Shown here one piece after another: positions 50,001 to 64,000 of a stretch of 64,000 nt of DNA (the first letter of the stretch is position 1; every line of letters starts with the position of its first letter). The notes under the pieces are model-generated. The model was given only the letters and a program-made list of their open reading frames with translations. It was not told where the DNA came from and searched no databases. The position numbers were made by a program, and so were the translations under genes. The stretch comes from Phoronis australis (taxonomy: Eukaryota > Animalia > Phoronida), in assembly GCA_002633005.1 (NCBI GenBank), contig NMRA01000621.1, positions 1 to 64,000 of the forward strand, given 5' to 3'.

Positions 50001-53000
50001 CAGTTGAGTCACGAAATTAGCGATCAGCTGTTCTACCACAACATTGACCCGTGACGTCACGCAAAAGGTCCCTGGTTGCGCGGTAACAGCCAATAGTAGT
50101 TTTGCATTGACACAAAGACCTCTGCTCTGCAACTGGGTTGTTTGTTCCAATGCATCACAGTGAACTTTGGCTTTCCAGGGCTTAATTATTTAATAGTCGA
50201 GGCATCACCAGCTGAGGGTATTGAAATTTGAATCAAAACCAACCGCAACTCTTGTCTTCCTACATCAATTCCAGTATTTCGAGCGCCCTGGAAATTACAG
50301 GCACATCGTTACAACTTTGTACAAGATAAAAAACTGCCTTTCGATGTCAGTCGCAGAATACTCAGTACTCGCACAAATACCGAAATTGTTAATTGCTACG
50401 TACTTACGTTACTGAGAAGGCAAACTTTATCTAAGCTGAAAACTCCCCCCCCCCCTCCTCCCCCCGGGCCGTTTATCTCAATGCGATTGTAGTCCCCCTG
50501 TTTTAAACTGCTCTCATCTACTCGGCGTTTTACGCATTATTTTAGGTATAACGAGTTTTGCAGCATCAAGCTGGGCTTCTTTTCCTCTTCTGTGCAACGT
50601 GACTGTTCCCAGGTTATTGGGTATTTTCAGCTTATTTTCAGAGAAGCGCTATAATCATTCTGAGAATGTCTGGTTTAATATGTCGACGGGCGATTAACGA
50701 AGAGAACAAATTTTGTTATAAAGCTTTTTATCGAGCTTTATGGCTTCAAACCGCAGACACGCACGCGCAGACACGCACTCGCAGAGACGTCTGAACTTTG
50801 CCATAAACATTTTTGATTGATTACCGTACTTGTTTTCCGTCAAGTTATGACATTTTGATCTCGGTAAAAATTTGGGAATTCTTTTCTATTATGTACATCT
50901 GCTTTATCGCTTTTTCCTTCCTTAGTAACGTTATGAACATCCGGGTATTTCAACTGTTGAGCAAATTTCGTGTTCAGAAAATTATGAAATGTTGACTTCA
51001 GGGTCGGGAGTATTGATTGATGGTATTCGTTTTCACATCGCTTACACTAGATTTTTCGTTATTCAACAAAATCGTTTCTCATATGGAAATGAAAGTTCAA
51101 AGCGACACGATTCATTCCATACCTGTCGGCAGCATATCTCCGTATGCGTAGTCACGACGACGTTAAATAATTCCGTAGGTCCAGATATCGGCATTTGGAC
51201 TCTGGGCCATCGATCGTAATGTCAAGATCCTACGTTAGAACCCCATATCTTTTGAATATGGGATGAGCATGTGCAAGTCATCGCAAGCAATAAAATGGAA
51301 GGAATTATGGTATGTCCGTTTAAAAAGGTGAAAGTTACTTTTGGAAACGTAAAGTCGAAAGAGTTTCATTGATGAACATTCAAAATTCCCAGTAGCACAC
51401 AGACGAGGAATGAGCTTCAGATAACCACCGGTAGGATGCGCGTGATTATCACTATTGCAGTAATTTATTGCTTGTCTCAAATGTTGATCAAGAAAACTTA
51501 CAAATCTAAAAGTCGGTTTCGGATTATCTTGTTTGGCACACATAGCATTTTGTTGCTTTAAAAAATGTCGACGCCATTTCTACAAGCGACAACTACGGGT
51601 TATCTTGCAGTTGCAACATAGCTACAGGCGTTTTCGGGATCGGTACAATGGTCAAGTGGTCATTCAATATAAACTTTGCATTTTTAAATAAACCTAATCA
51701 TGCCATGTGTCATTCGTGTCATTCTGACGGCGACGTGTTCACCGGCTTCAGGCGTCAACGGTACAAAGTCGTTTGTTATTAAACGGGTCATGAAGTGGCC
51801 ATCGCTGTAATAAAGCACGTCTTCCATTTTAACTGCTTGTAATTTACAGTTTTTTATCTGTTTTCAAACTTATAGTTTATTTAGAACTTTAATGTTATGT
51901 ACACATAAGCAACAAATGTGCGCCTTCGTCAAATATCTACAAAACTAATTAATAGTAGAAAGGGTGTAGAACTTAATTTTGGACTTAATGCTGTTGATTG
52001 GGTCACGTGACTGTGACTTTGCTCAAAATTAAGCAAAAACAGACGAGTAACAGAAGATTGACTATTTTTTATATCAATATCCAAGGTAAAGGCTCAGAAA
52101 CGCTGTCGCAGTTTTCTAAATTATCTTTCCGGTTTTATCATATCGCAACATTTGACTTTATTTTCGACAGCGTCTAATGCAAACTGAAACCCATCAAAAT
52201 AATTCTTATCAGCGGTTTGGAGCAAATTCCGTGAGTAAACCACAGTTTCTGAAAGTTTCGTTTAAATCCGATTAGTGATTAAGATATGTTCTGAAGTTAG
52301 TGTTTTTTGGTGCTTTCCTGCATGCTGTGGTAACTAACTCACAACATTTCAGGAAATTTATGTGAACACTAGTACTGGTACAATTGCTTTTGGAATTTTC
52401 CAAGTTTTCAAAGACTGAAAGAAGCAAGCGATCTAGCGGGAAGTGAATATGATTTAAATACAGTTACAGAATTTACACTTAGTGGTGTCAACCTTCGCGT
52501 TTCATCAAATCGCCTTCAACTGTCCATTTTCAAAACTTGTGAGTGTTCCCTCAGTGCGTATTCAAGCACGACGCTGTACCATGTTTAAAATGGTTTGTAC
52601 CATGTTTTGAAATCTTGAGTCTTGTTTGAACAGTTCCGAAAAGTGTTTATAATATTGAACTGTGATTTAAAAGCCACCACCTGATTTTTCCTGTTTCAAA
52701 TGTTTAAAACTGCGTTGTATGGTGGTACCTATTTTCATTATCTTGGTATAGAAATGATAGCGACATGCTCAAAAAGTGAAAATAATGTTCAAAAATGCCT
52801 TTGTGTGAATTATCACCAGAAATCGCACTGGGTTTGAATTTTCCCTTTTGGAAGACCCTGAAAGTACAAATTTTCTGCATTCTAAATGACTGAATAATCC
52901 TATCTCATGTCTTGATACATCACGCAGTCATTTATAATCACGTCAATCGTATTTTTTCTGAAAAGTGTTGTTTTTGCTTTGGACAGGGGTTTTTAGAAAT

Positions 53001-54134
53001 CTTGAAGTGCAGGCAGTGTAATGTTGAAACAACAGGTAGCGGCTATCAAGCTACCTTTCAAACAACGGAGTTATCAGCCATCAAAGTGCCCACAAAGTCC
53101 TCATTTTTAACGGTAGATGTCTCCATTGTTTGAAGAAAAAATAGAAATCTGAGAGGCACGGTTCCCTCGGCCAAAGATTCGTAGGTGCACACATTAAGAA
53201 GCGTCGAAAATCAAAAGGCTTGAAATTGGTCGTTGGTGATTTGCCACGTATTTAAAATTCTCCCAAACAACTCGTATATTAGGCATATAAACAATGCGCT
53301 AGCTCTATAACTATTTCCCTAAACGGTTTGGGGCGACGTCGGTGTGATACGAGTTATATGTGTAAACGGTCGCTTGACAACGTCCGTGTTGCGCCAGTTT
53401 GCGCCATGCTATTATTCTCAAAAAGGTAAATGATTGTAAATAAGTATTTAACTTGTTAATGAGAGAGCCTGTACGTGAGAATTTGAGACTTTTAAGCTCT
53501 TATAAAAATTAGAAATACCACATGCGCTGCAATAGCTTATGTGGCTATTAATCTAACTACCATCACTTTCGTGTCATTTTGCACATTACGCAGAGGACGT
53601 AGTTTATTCCGCATCCTCTTATCTTATCATGAAATTTTGAGCCACAGGCATTGAATTTCCTAGGAATGACCTTTGGCGAGATAATTGTGAGATGCCAGCT
53701 GACTTCCCAGGGTGTGTGCAAACGGCAAGGCTTGATTGGTCGATTTTGGAAGGTGTGTTTCTCTCCTATCAGTCAAACGACGCAGTGATATCACGCCATT
53801 TTCGGTGCTTGTCAAGTGCATTGGGTCGTAAAAGAATCTCAATCTGTAATAACTGTAGTCTCGAAAGTTTTAGCAAGAGCGTTTTAAATTCGTTGTTGAA
53901 AAGCAAAGAGTTTTAGCTGGAACATTTTAACACGTCGCACACGACCAAGTTAACGCATTTCTGCTGAAAAAAAGGAAAGAACGCTCACGTAGTTGTACCG
54001 AATGATGTCGCATCGCGCAAATAAACGCGGTTAGTAACATTCTGGACATCAATCGGCAGCTGCCGCTTAACTGTGGTAAAGGGAAATTTTCAGCGAGAAG
54101 AGTAATTTAACAGAAATTAGAAGTAGTGCGGAAT

Positions 54135-54899
54135 CATAGGCGGATTTAGGGGGGCCCAGGGGGCCCGGGCCCCCCGCCCCTCCCTTGGCNCGGCAGTGGC
54201 GCTGCGCACTACGATTCCGTTTCCGTCGTCTGCTTCTCTGTGCAATGAAGAAAATTGCTTCATTTTTTGAAGAAAATAGAATCTGAGTGACGATAAAAAA
54301 ACGGAAGCTGCTGGTAAGATGTGAATTTTAATCGAAGCCTTAGTGAATCACTCAGAAACTCATAATTCTCTCTTTGTCAAACCTTAACTTAAGACGATTT
54401 CCAAAGCAATCGCGTCATTAAGACCAACACAAAAAACGGATTTGGTTTTTTGGGCAATCGAATACTATTTTAAATACAACAAATTTGTTACGAACTGATT
54501 GCACAAAATATAAAAAGTGTAATAAGCATTACAAAAAGAAGTAGGTTTCGCGCGCCAGCGCTGTGGACCATAAACAAGTAGGTCTCTTATTATCAACTTC
54601 GGAGTAAAAGCGTGGTGTTGCAGTGGTAAAGCACGCGTGCTCTTTCTACCAGATCGTGAGTTCGAGTCTGTGGTAATTGCAGTTTTTCATGTTTGACACG
54701 TTCCCCGTGATTTTTTTTCTTCTTAGATAATACTTCAGGAATCAAGGAAAATGCTTGATTTTTAGAGGAAAATATCGGAAAAATTTTCCCCCTCCCGACC
54801 TCCCCTATTCGGTACTATGCGCATCTAATCGTGCTTTGCGCAAATGTTTTCAGGCAAAATGTTGGACTCCCCCCTTGTGATATCCTAGATCCGCTACTG
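54135..54899. mobile_element. hAT-like non-autonomous element
   Basis: Termini cataggcggatttagggggg and cctagatccgctactg, with GC-rich subterminal palindromes. Confidence 0.6.
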
Positions 54900-57404
54900 G
54901 AAATTGAACCCGCCGCCTCCGATGAAGCAGCCGAACTCTGTGCCGCTGAGCCTAGTCCGCGGCGCGCAGTCGTATTACGTAGTAAGGACTCCGGTCTCGA
55001 TTACAGGGCTGACAAGGCGAGAATAGACAATTTGTAATGCGCTACGTCTTTGTCTTGCCAAATAAGGAACTGTGCTTTGCCTTGGGGGAGAAAAATCGAC
55101 AAAGTGTCAAGTAGTTGAGAGATCGTTTTATCAAATTTGAAACAAAAAGAAAATGCTTTGATATCAGCAGAATTTTTTTTTTTAAATCTTTACGAACAAA
55201 CCATAAAATACCTGGTGAGTAGGTTTCAGTGGCAGAGAACCTCTTTCAATTTAGTCTGTTTATCGCGTTCCAGGCCTCTTTAAATGTTTTCGCCAATCTT
55301 GTTACATAGTGCGCGCTTTTGGCCACCCTATACGGATAAGATTGACAACTATGAGTTCAACTACTGCACCAGGTGGCGAATGTCATTTCCACCTGTGATA
55401 TTCTGGTAGATGGTTTTTGTCAAAGACCCAGAAATTGTATTGATAGCATTCGTTATCTATCTATCCTGTGTAGCTTGTCTCGAGCTGGTGAAGAAAGACC
55501 ACCATTAAAAGTTCTTATTGTCTAGTCCAGTGCGAATCTCGAAAGCCATTGTGAACTTCATTCATAAGCGGGTGTTTCCAACATGTCTCGCTCTCGTGTC
55601 GCAACATAGAAAATGTTCGTGCGCGACAGCAAGTTCAAAATCACAACCACATGTTTGCGAACCCTGGCAGATGTTGGCGCACTTCGGTGTAAGTTTGTTA
55701 GTGCCAAGTTGAAATAGTTTACCCCAGCTAATGTCTCTAATTGCCTGAAGATGTCGCGACACAATGCCCGGTACACAAGCCGAAGGAACGTGGTTATGAA
55801 AGTATTCAAGTTAGAAACGGAAAATCGCCTCTACCAATTTTCTCAATAACGTGAGCCTTTGCACAAATCGAGCCCAGATAACCAGGTCGCAAACCAGGCC
55901 CTGGAATTGTAAACAATGTCGATCCAGCGCCCTGGAAAATCTTATGGTTAATTACCACTCGACCATCATAAAATTATAGTCTGTAAGCAATTTTCCTGCA
56001 AATCAGATCAAATGATTTGAGTGGAGATGTAATCGAACCGCCTATTAATATCATCTTACCAGGTAGTCTCCTGCTCAAAACATTCACTGTAATGCGCATG
56101 TGTGAATGTCAGTCCTGGGGCAATGTGTTCTTCATGTCTATTTGAATGAAATCACTTGCAATAATCACTTAGCCGCTGAAGTGTCCCTGGACACAAACCT
56201 TCAGCTGAAGCCTTCGCAAAGTTCACAACAAAAGCTGCGCATGCCACTTCAGATTAGCTTTGCCGAGAGCAATTGATACTGCATGAAATCATGGATTTTT
56301 TTCATTTCCCTTGGATTATGTGGGAATCCATTATGGGCGTCATACCGTTTTCTAAGTAGAAGGGACCGTGTGGACCAGTGTTGCTGACGTCATGATGTTT
56401 ATCCACTCGCCGTGAGTGCATTCTTCTAGTATGCAACAAGCGGCTTGTTGCATCGCAAACGAATGCATTGCAAATTTGAACAACAGCGTGCATATGTAAT
56501 AGTTTCACAATTATCAAACCTTTGACCAAACCAGTAAACCTGCTCCATTGTCACGAGTTGTTTTACCAATTTAAAGCAATACTGAGCGCGCTTTCGAGGC
56601 TAGCATTTAGAACTTCACACTAAGTTGAAACGGTCTAACATGCCAAATTACGGCATATGATACAATTTCGGAAAACTAAATGTGTTAACTCTTCTTATTT
56701 CAAAACTGAATCGTTATTTGTAACAGACACAAAATTAAAATCAAATAAAGACTCGTCACTCCAAGACATGTGTGTCCCAACATGATAGTCAAACTAGTTG
56801 TGAACCTGGGATGAGTGCGGCAAGTAAAATATCCCTTTAATTATTAGATAGAGGTCCGCAGGGCAAGAAAGGTTTTAGATATTTTTAGAACAAATCGGGA
56901 ATTATCAATTTATCTGCACATATCCCAGTTCTTGCCGTGAGATTAGATAACTGATATCCACACATAACGTTGATACGACTGAGTCAAATCTATAAGGTGT
57001 CCTTAATCAACTAAGGACGGTCCGAGCAGAGGTGATAACTCGGTAACAAGGAAAACTTTTTTTAATTTTGGACAGAAAATCAATCGTTTTTAACTGTTCG
57101 GCCTGGATCAGAAATTCAAAAAAGGTTTGCGAATTACAAAAATGCGTCACATGATTGCAAAGTTATGGAAATGATTTCGAAAGGAAAAGTACCCGTCGGA
57201 AAAAAGCTGAAGAGTTTTATATATTCTATCAAGTTTTTGCGTCACTAATAGAGGAGAAATGTCAAGAAATTACTCCTTTATCGCCATTGAGCAGAGCGGT
57301 AGACAAACGCACAAGACTAGTTCCCAGAGATTAGACGGCTATCCTCTATTCTGGCCCATGATTGGTCATAAAACTACTTCCGGTAATTTACCAACGAAAA
57401 CTGG

Positions 57405-57552
57405 CGTGCATTCTGTAGCGCTGAGACCTACGCTAGGAGCTTGCTAATCTCTAGCCAAAGTCACGTGTTCTCATTTAAAAAAAAACATGGCAATATCTCA
57501 CGTAATCTCGCAAAGTCTTGCTTTTTAGCGAGATCCTAGCGTTACTGCGGAA
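57405..57552. mobile_element. MITE family 1 copy
   Basis: Core cacgtgttctcatttaaaa...catggcaatatctcacgtaatctcgc...tcctagcgttactg. Confidence 0.7.
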
Positions 57553-60500
57553 CAGGAGGCTGTCCTTCCCAACAAGAGCACCCCGCGAACGACAACACTC
57601 GCTCTCTGTGTTGCTATTAGGCTATTAGCTTCCAATAAATAAACAACTCTGACGCAAACCTTACCCAACAGAATGCACACTTGTTATCGTTTTACGCTGC
57701 TTATAGGATACTAAGAACAACCAGTTGTATGCAGAATGATAAATACCGGTGTGTGAAAACTAAACTTCGTTTTACATATTTACACCTTGAAGATGCGTAG
57801 GTAACCGTCTGTCAGGCAAGCTGGCTTATGTGACTTTCCAAATACGGAAATCAATACGGAAATTAATTGACTGCTCTTTCGGTTTACAAGAATCCGGCAG
57901 AGACTCCGCGCTGGTGAAACAGGGCTACAGCCAATTTTGTTTCTTTCGGGTGATTAATGATTGTCTGGGTTAAATGGGTTGAAAGGCCAAAGGTCTTGGC
58001 CAAATCGTCACAGCACTCGGTGTCATTCTGTGGACGATATTTCTGAGTTTGACCGTTTGACCGCATAAACAAGTGTCAGAAATATATCTTTATGAGTTGA
58101 TTATATCCTGTGCGGTTCTGACGCCAATTGGCCTACAGTCGCCAGGTGGCGAGTCCGTCTCGTCCACGAGTAGGCTCGCCACGTACTGCCAAACTGTTCG
58201 ACAAACAACATTTCGTGTTAATCGATGGCATTTCGTGAGTCTGCGCTCAAAAATGGCTTACAAAGTAAATGAATGCCTATTTAGCTTGGACTAGAGTGTC
58301 CCGTACGCATTGCAGCCGACTTCTCAGCGGTCGAATATTTTTTTAATTACTGTTAAAACGTCGACTAGTGAGAAGAAAAACGTGAATTTATCGTTCCCCT
58401 TCAGTTTTCTTGCCTTGCCTCCTGCAAAGGGACACTATGTAAGTAATACAATGGAAATTGATCACGTGGGACCGACGACTCCGTTCGTATCAGCCATCAT
58501 GGCAATTTGCTGTGGGACTCGTGTGTTCACTGAGATGGTGACGACTTTTGAGTCCGTGACCACCATACTTGACTTCAGACACTACACGAAATATTGACCA
58601 ATGACATGGCGTGACACTGAAAAAAATATCCGAACGTGGCACCACGGCCGAGTCGAGATTAGGGATAAGTGTGGTATTCACGGATCTTGGCGCACGCTCG
58701 ATAACGCCAAACACTCGCGAGGCACTTGCGACGAGAATAGTGATGGCAATAGCAAGTTTTCTCTTATAATACAATATTCTCGGTGGTGGTATTCGTACTT
58801 TCGAAGCAATGCATCTTTACCCCACCTGGCAAGCCACATAGTTTATAAACCTTTCTTACGTGCACTTGTGGGGCTTTTCAAGTAAAAAATCCAAAACCTT
58901 TGAAGAATTGATAATTCGGCCTTTTTTCTGTAAAACGGTTGCAAACTCGCACTCCATCACCTAAATCGACGTTTGCTTTTGACCACTTATAGTATGAATT
59001 TGGTCTCAAACTGAAGATGATCGCACGGTTTCTAAAGAATTGACTCGTGTTTTTGATACAATATGTCTTTCATTGCTGGCGTGTGATATGTTATCAATAA
59101 TGTCCCTAATCCATTTAATTTCAATCTGCCAGGAAAGGCAGATCTATCTATGTCCGCCACTCAGTCCAGTTAGTGGTCAACTGAGACCAGTTGTATTTTT
59201 CCAAATATGAACACAGTGACGTACCCAGAATTCTGAAAAGTTAAAGTGGTCAATATTTTCGACCAAGGAATGACGCATTGTTCTCATCAGTTTATTCGCC
59301 AAACAAGTGTTATGTAAACCCACGCATCTGCTTCACTGGCAACTGGAGGTGTGTCCAGGGGCCGCATTTGTATTGGTTGAACTTTGCGTGATGTAATTGT
59401 GTGATTGCGTTCGTGCTTATGAACTAGAAAATTATGTTGACATGTCATTTTTGGCATGTGGCGTGATGCGTTCGTCACATATGTGAAACAAACTACTGAG
59501 TGTAAACGTTTACCGCAGATCAGGTACGTGTTGAGTTTTGATCTGACAGTAATGTTAGACAACGGTGTTTGGTGCATTTTGCATTTCATTTTGTTTAAAG
59601 CAATTAGACGTTTTCAAGAGAGGTTTGTTTGTGAACCACACGGACCTGTAAATGTTTTGTAGTCCGTTCTATTCGTTTTCAAATCGTTCAATTACACTTT
59701 GCTTTCGTGATAATCATTTTGGTTATCCTTGTGCAAATCCTTGCGCAAATTACTTAGTCATAACACCATGGGCGACGCAGCACCGAAATAAGTGCAGCAA
59801 AAGCCGCCCTTGAACACCACCTCTGACCTTGTGCACACGTGGGAATCTTGGCATAGACCCATCCGCAATTTCCTCTAAGTAGGGCCTCTCAAAATTCAAA
59901 GTAAATGCGCATCTTGTGCTCTTGTCACCTTTTATAGCTGGTTTACCTAGTTATATACTTGTTAAGTGAATATTTGTGGGTCGAGAAAAGCAACACTTTT
60001 CTTGAATACGTCGTATTTGTATGTATAAGGAAATGTACTCATGCGCGCACCCAGCCTAAAATATAGGGGGGCTCTATTTTTGGTATGCGGACCTTTTACT
60101 GAAAAAAATCAACGAGGACTAAAAAACGAGGCCTCATCAGGTTCAGGCCTACGAATTGTGCATCCGCGTCATGTGGACTTTGTGGACTTTTGTCTCGTTT
60201 GCTGAGACTTGTTGTTTCGTTAAGGCGAACCCTTTTGCCCAATTCGCCCTGGGTGCGCTGATGTGTACTGGAGGTGCTGGCTTGTGTTTCATATTTCGAA
60301 GGTGAATTTAATGAGACCCAGGACGAATTCCTGTAAATGAAATCCGTCACTCAACTGAGGACCAAATGCGAATCACAGTAGTTCTCGTCGATCGTCAGTA
60401 TTTCCAAAGTAACCGAAAGGGGTGCCTGGATGGCGGAAGCGTTTGTAGCTTTTGGCCTTGTGCTAATCAGCTCAAAACCAGAGAAGTTATTGATGCGTCA

Positions 60501-60739
60501 CGTTCGTGAGCCTGCATTCCATGTAGAAACGAATGAAAGACCACTATCTCGCGAGCTAACTCGGTACCTGACACGCGTACACAAGCAAAATGTCCGACAC
60601 CGAAGAGATTGGTCTGCAAGGTTAGAATGTTGAATTACGAGATAAAAAGATTTGAAGATTTCTCGCCGTTAGTGCCTCGCGAGTGTCTTACGTTTACGGA
60701 ACACATTGCGGATGCTATACCTTGCATTGTTCACAGAGG

Positions 60740-60872
60740 GCGTGTGTTCAGTAACGCTAGGACTTACTATAGGACCTAGCTAAAATCTAGTCAAAGTCAA
60801 GTACACGACAATATCTCACGTAATCTCGCGAAGTCTTGCTTTTCAGCGAGGTCCTAGCGTTAGTTACTGATC
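60740..60872. mobile_element. MITE family 1 copy
   Basis: gtgttcagtaacgctaggac ... ggtcctagcgtta. Confidence 0.75.
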
Positions 60873-61256
60873 GGGAGGCGGATGTGCAATCGTCAAACCA
60901 GGTGACAGTCGTCATGGGAACTATCGGAAGGCATATTCAACTTATCGGGTTTCCTTCAAAAATAGCTGCTCATTTCCCTATGCTATTGTGAATTGATTTC
61001 ATATGAATTGTAGGGCTTCTGCTTATCCGAAATAAGCTGATAAGTATTTTGAAATTTGCCAAGTTGGCTCCCATGGAATATTGCATTTTGTTATATAATG
61101 ATAGCTACACAGTCGTATCGCCTGCCTCTATGCTGTTGGGTTGATTAGCTCAGGCTGTTTCCGCATTATAACCTCTGTTGTGATGAGATGTCCGCGGCAA
61201 AGTAGAATCGTGATCCAGAGCAATTCAGGGATTTGATTGTGTGAAAAATCAGCCTT

Positions 61257-61326
61257 CGGACTACTTGGCACGTTAGCGGCCTGCCTAATGACGGACTACT
61301 TGGCACGTTAGCGGCCTGCCTAATGA
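61257..61326. repeat. 35-bp perfect tandem duplication
   Basis: cggactacttggcacgttagcggcctgcctaatga occurs twice. Confidence 0.9.
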
Positions 61327-61715
61327 CACGATTTCGTCAACTCTTCCTTGTGGAATATTGATACTGGCCGCGCCTCACCTTCCCGTTGAGAAGGAGTCGA
61401 GGGGTCTCGACCTGATGAATGTTTTGTCGCAGTGTCATGTGGTTTCGCACAGCGTGCGATGATGGTGCTGCTGCGTTTCGGTGGAACTGCATTTCCTTTG
61501 ACCGACCTTGCGCGGCTGCATGTACGGTCACGGAGCCATTGGCGTTGTGCGTTTCCGTAAAGTAAATGTAATATAAGATATTATGTGTAGCTTATGTGGG
61601 TTTTGTGTCATGTAAAAATATTTGAAATTGTAATTTTACATGTGTGCACTATCACCCTACCGCAAATAACGCGTCTGCCATTGCGTCACACTCATCATCA
61701 CAGTTTTTTCTGTGT

Positions 61716-61852
61716 GCACACTTGATTGACTTCGCCGGGTTAACAGGTTAAGACAGCTGATTGGTTCACAATGACGACTTCCGGCTTTTAAACCAATCAA
61801 AATGCCTTAGCCGATTGACCCGGCGGAGCCGACAAAGGGGCAATCAAGTGCA
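61716..61852. mobile_element. Palindromic MITE-like element
   Basis: Nested inverted repeats cacttgattg/caatcaagtg, cgccgggttaa/ttgacccggcg and tgattggtt/aaccaatca. Confidence 0.5.
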
Positions 61853-64000
61853 GACAGGAAACACGGCTCACGGATCATTCAACTCGGTTCCCCGACTTAG
61901 CCGATCTAACGTATTTTGTTAATTGTCTTGTATGCAATCGAAAGAAAACTTTGTTTTCCTAAACTAATACTGTGAATGAATTCTGTGAAATTTTGTACCG
62001 AATATAAAGAGGTGTGCATGTAAACATAGTCAAGTGAATTATGTGGTGGACAAACAGAAATAAATGCATTTCATCTTTGACAGATTCTAAATAACAATAT
62101 AAACATATTCTGTCTCCAAATGGTGCGTTTACATACATGTACACGTTCATGCGATTTGTGCACGGTACTTCAATCCTCAGGAACTGCTACAATTCCGAGA
62201 TGTGTCTCTTGTCATGCGTGCAACAAATAAAATATTTTAGCTGACATTTTCACGTCTCTGCGACTGTGACTGATGAACTGAGCGAACCATTAACGTGCAA
62301 AATATTCCTCAAAATTTTTGATTTCGCGTCTTTTGAATTATCAATAGTAATCGTGTCCTCAGTGTGCAACGCGAAAAGACACAAGATATTCGATAGGAAA
62401 TAAAACGTCTTATACGAATTTTGCCAACTATCTTTGAACTCGTTGTTTGTAATTCAGATGTAAAATTACCTTAGAGGCATGTTATCGGTGAGAAAAATGA
62501 TTTAACCTCAGTGCGGTATCGAATCTACAATTCCGGCGGTCGCTGTCGAACGCTCTAGTGGCGAAACTGAGCCTCACAAGCTAAGCCCCATTTGATAAGT
62601 GCCAGAGTAGAATCACCAGTCTTGGCTTCAGCGAATGCCAGGCAGATAACGGCAAGAATTGGCGATTTGTAATTTAAGTCAAAAAACACGAAGGATTGTG
62701 CTGTTTATAGCTTTGGTAAGGGCTATTAACTTCAAGAAGTCTATCCCATCCAACATTTATCTCAAAACGGCGTTTCACGCCCGTGAAATTAGTCCCTTGA
62801 AACCTGCATTTCGCCTTGTTTAGACAAAATAGGTCTGACTCGATATTTCCGTTACCTACTCGTGACAATGCGCTGCATTGGAATTTTAGGTATCGCCAGA
62901 TGCCAGCCCTAGTGAACTCTGAAACGTTTTCTTGAGTCGCTGATGTTTTCGATGTTCTTTTTGGAACGGAGATTGAATTCGTTTTTTCGGAAAATCAAAA
63001 ATAACAGCCTGGCAGCGCGTGCAGATGGATGGATTATGACGACAGGGCACAGTAGAGATTCAGTCGTCACTTCAACATGTGCATTTCGCCCTGTTTAGCT
63101 GTCTAAAAACAAAAAATCGATTTTGGCATTTTACTCTCATAAAACTGGTCTCACAATGTTCCTTAGTGCGCTAGGATTCTATCTCAAAAACAACATAATT
63201 GATCTTTCTGTTCAAGTCAGTGTTATCGTCAATTACATGCATCGCCAATTATTATTGTTGGCCGTTTTGTCCGTCTTTCAAGTAATCATTTCGATAATTT
63301 TGCACCGGATGACACCAAATGACTGACGTGGTCGGCCGGGCGATTCGCAATATTTGTTTAAGATGTTTTGCAATCTGTTACAGTATTAAGTACGCTCAGG
63401 CAATTTTGTTAATCAGTTGCACATTTTGCTGGATTATCACGCGGGGACAATTGACCTTACTACTTTGGTAATTCTTGGGCATAATCAGATGCAGATTTGT
63501 GCGTCAATGTTTAGGCACTCGTGTCCATAGAACGGCAAGACACGTGTCAAATTACATATAAATATGTGTCTGCTTTTACTAGCTGTCAGTAAAAAGAATA
63601 AGATTCTTGATAATTGTTATTTATGCCTTGCAACTTGAGACACATGCTTTTACAACTGTGTATCATCAGAAAGGGCTTGCCAGTGTTCCTTCCTCTCGAA
63701 CCGCACGGACTAACAATGTTCTTTCGTGAACAGTAGGTCATTAGAAAAGACCAAAGCGAAAACCAGTGAGCAGCTGTGGACTTCGTTGATGTAATCTCTT
63801 TATCCTGGTTTAAACGCTAGATGGCGCGGTAGCTACCCAGTCTGCCTATCCCGTTAGAGAAGAGCCTTCGGAAAATCTCATTGTCCGAGAATCTTTATAG
63901 ACGGTGTTGACGTGGTGTCACTTTAACATTACAGTAACTAACTAATTCAAATCTGCCTGTCAAAATGGGTATTAAACGCACAAAAACATGGGACTGTGCA

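Noticed and set aside
39600-64000. Additional protein-coding genes or SLC16 5' UTR exons
   Set aside because: Only short ORFs and isolated splice-like sites; I could not build a phase-consistent exon chain by eye, although small exons may have been missed.

Overview
Animal (invertebrate-like) genomic scaffold, AT-rich, repeat-dense and intron-containing, with two assembly gaps (1132-1619, 21123-21797). Most ORFs in the six-frame track are noise. (1) One clearly recognisable gene: a minus-strand SLC16/monocarboxylate-transporter-family MFS gene with six coding exons (36544 to 27923, 712 aa by my splicing), followed by a 220-bp tandem duplicate of its last exon. (2) Reading for splice sites reveals two divergently oriented paralogues of a small Cys-rich protein that I cannot assign to a known family. 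Gene A (+, 15789-20737, 4 exons, 211 aa) has a signal peptide. Gene B (-, exons 9678-9537 and 9207-9077) has no first exon that I could locate. They share a C-x5-C-x7-C-x4-C-x5-C-x5-C-x15-C framework and intron phases, and they flank a decayed C-type-lectin-like locus (~11.2-14.7 kb). (3) Mobile DNA: an Academ-like relic, a piggyBac relic, a TTAA-type TIR element, a DINE-1/HINE-like element carrying an array of CTCF-like motifs, several MITE families, tRNA-derived SINE heads and many minisatellites. The region 39.6-64 kb looks non-coding (SLC16 upstream/5' intronic or intergenic). All gene models were built by eye and no database searches were run.
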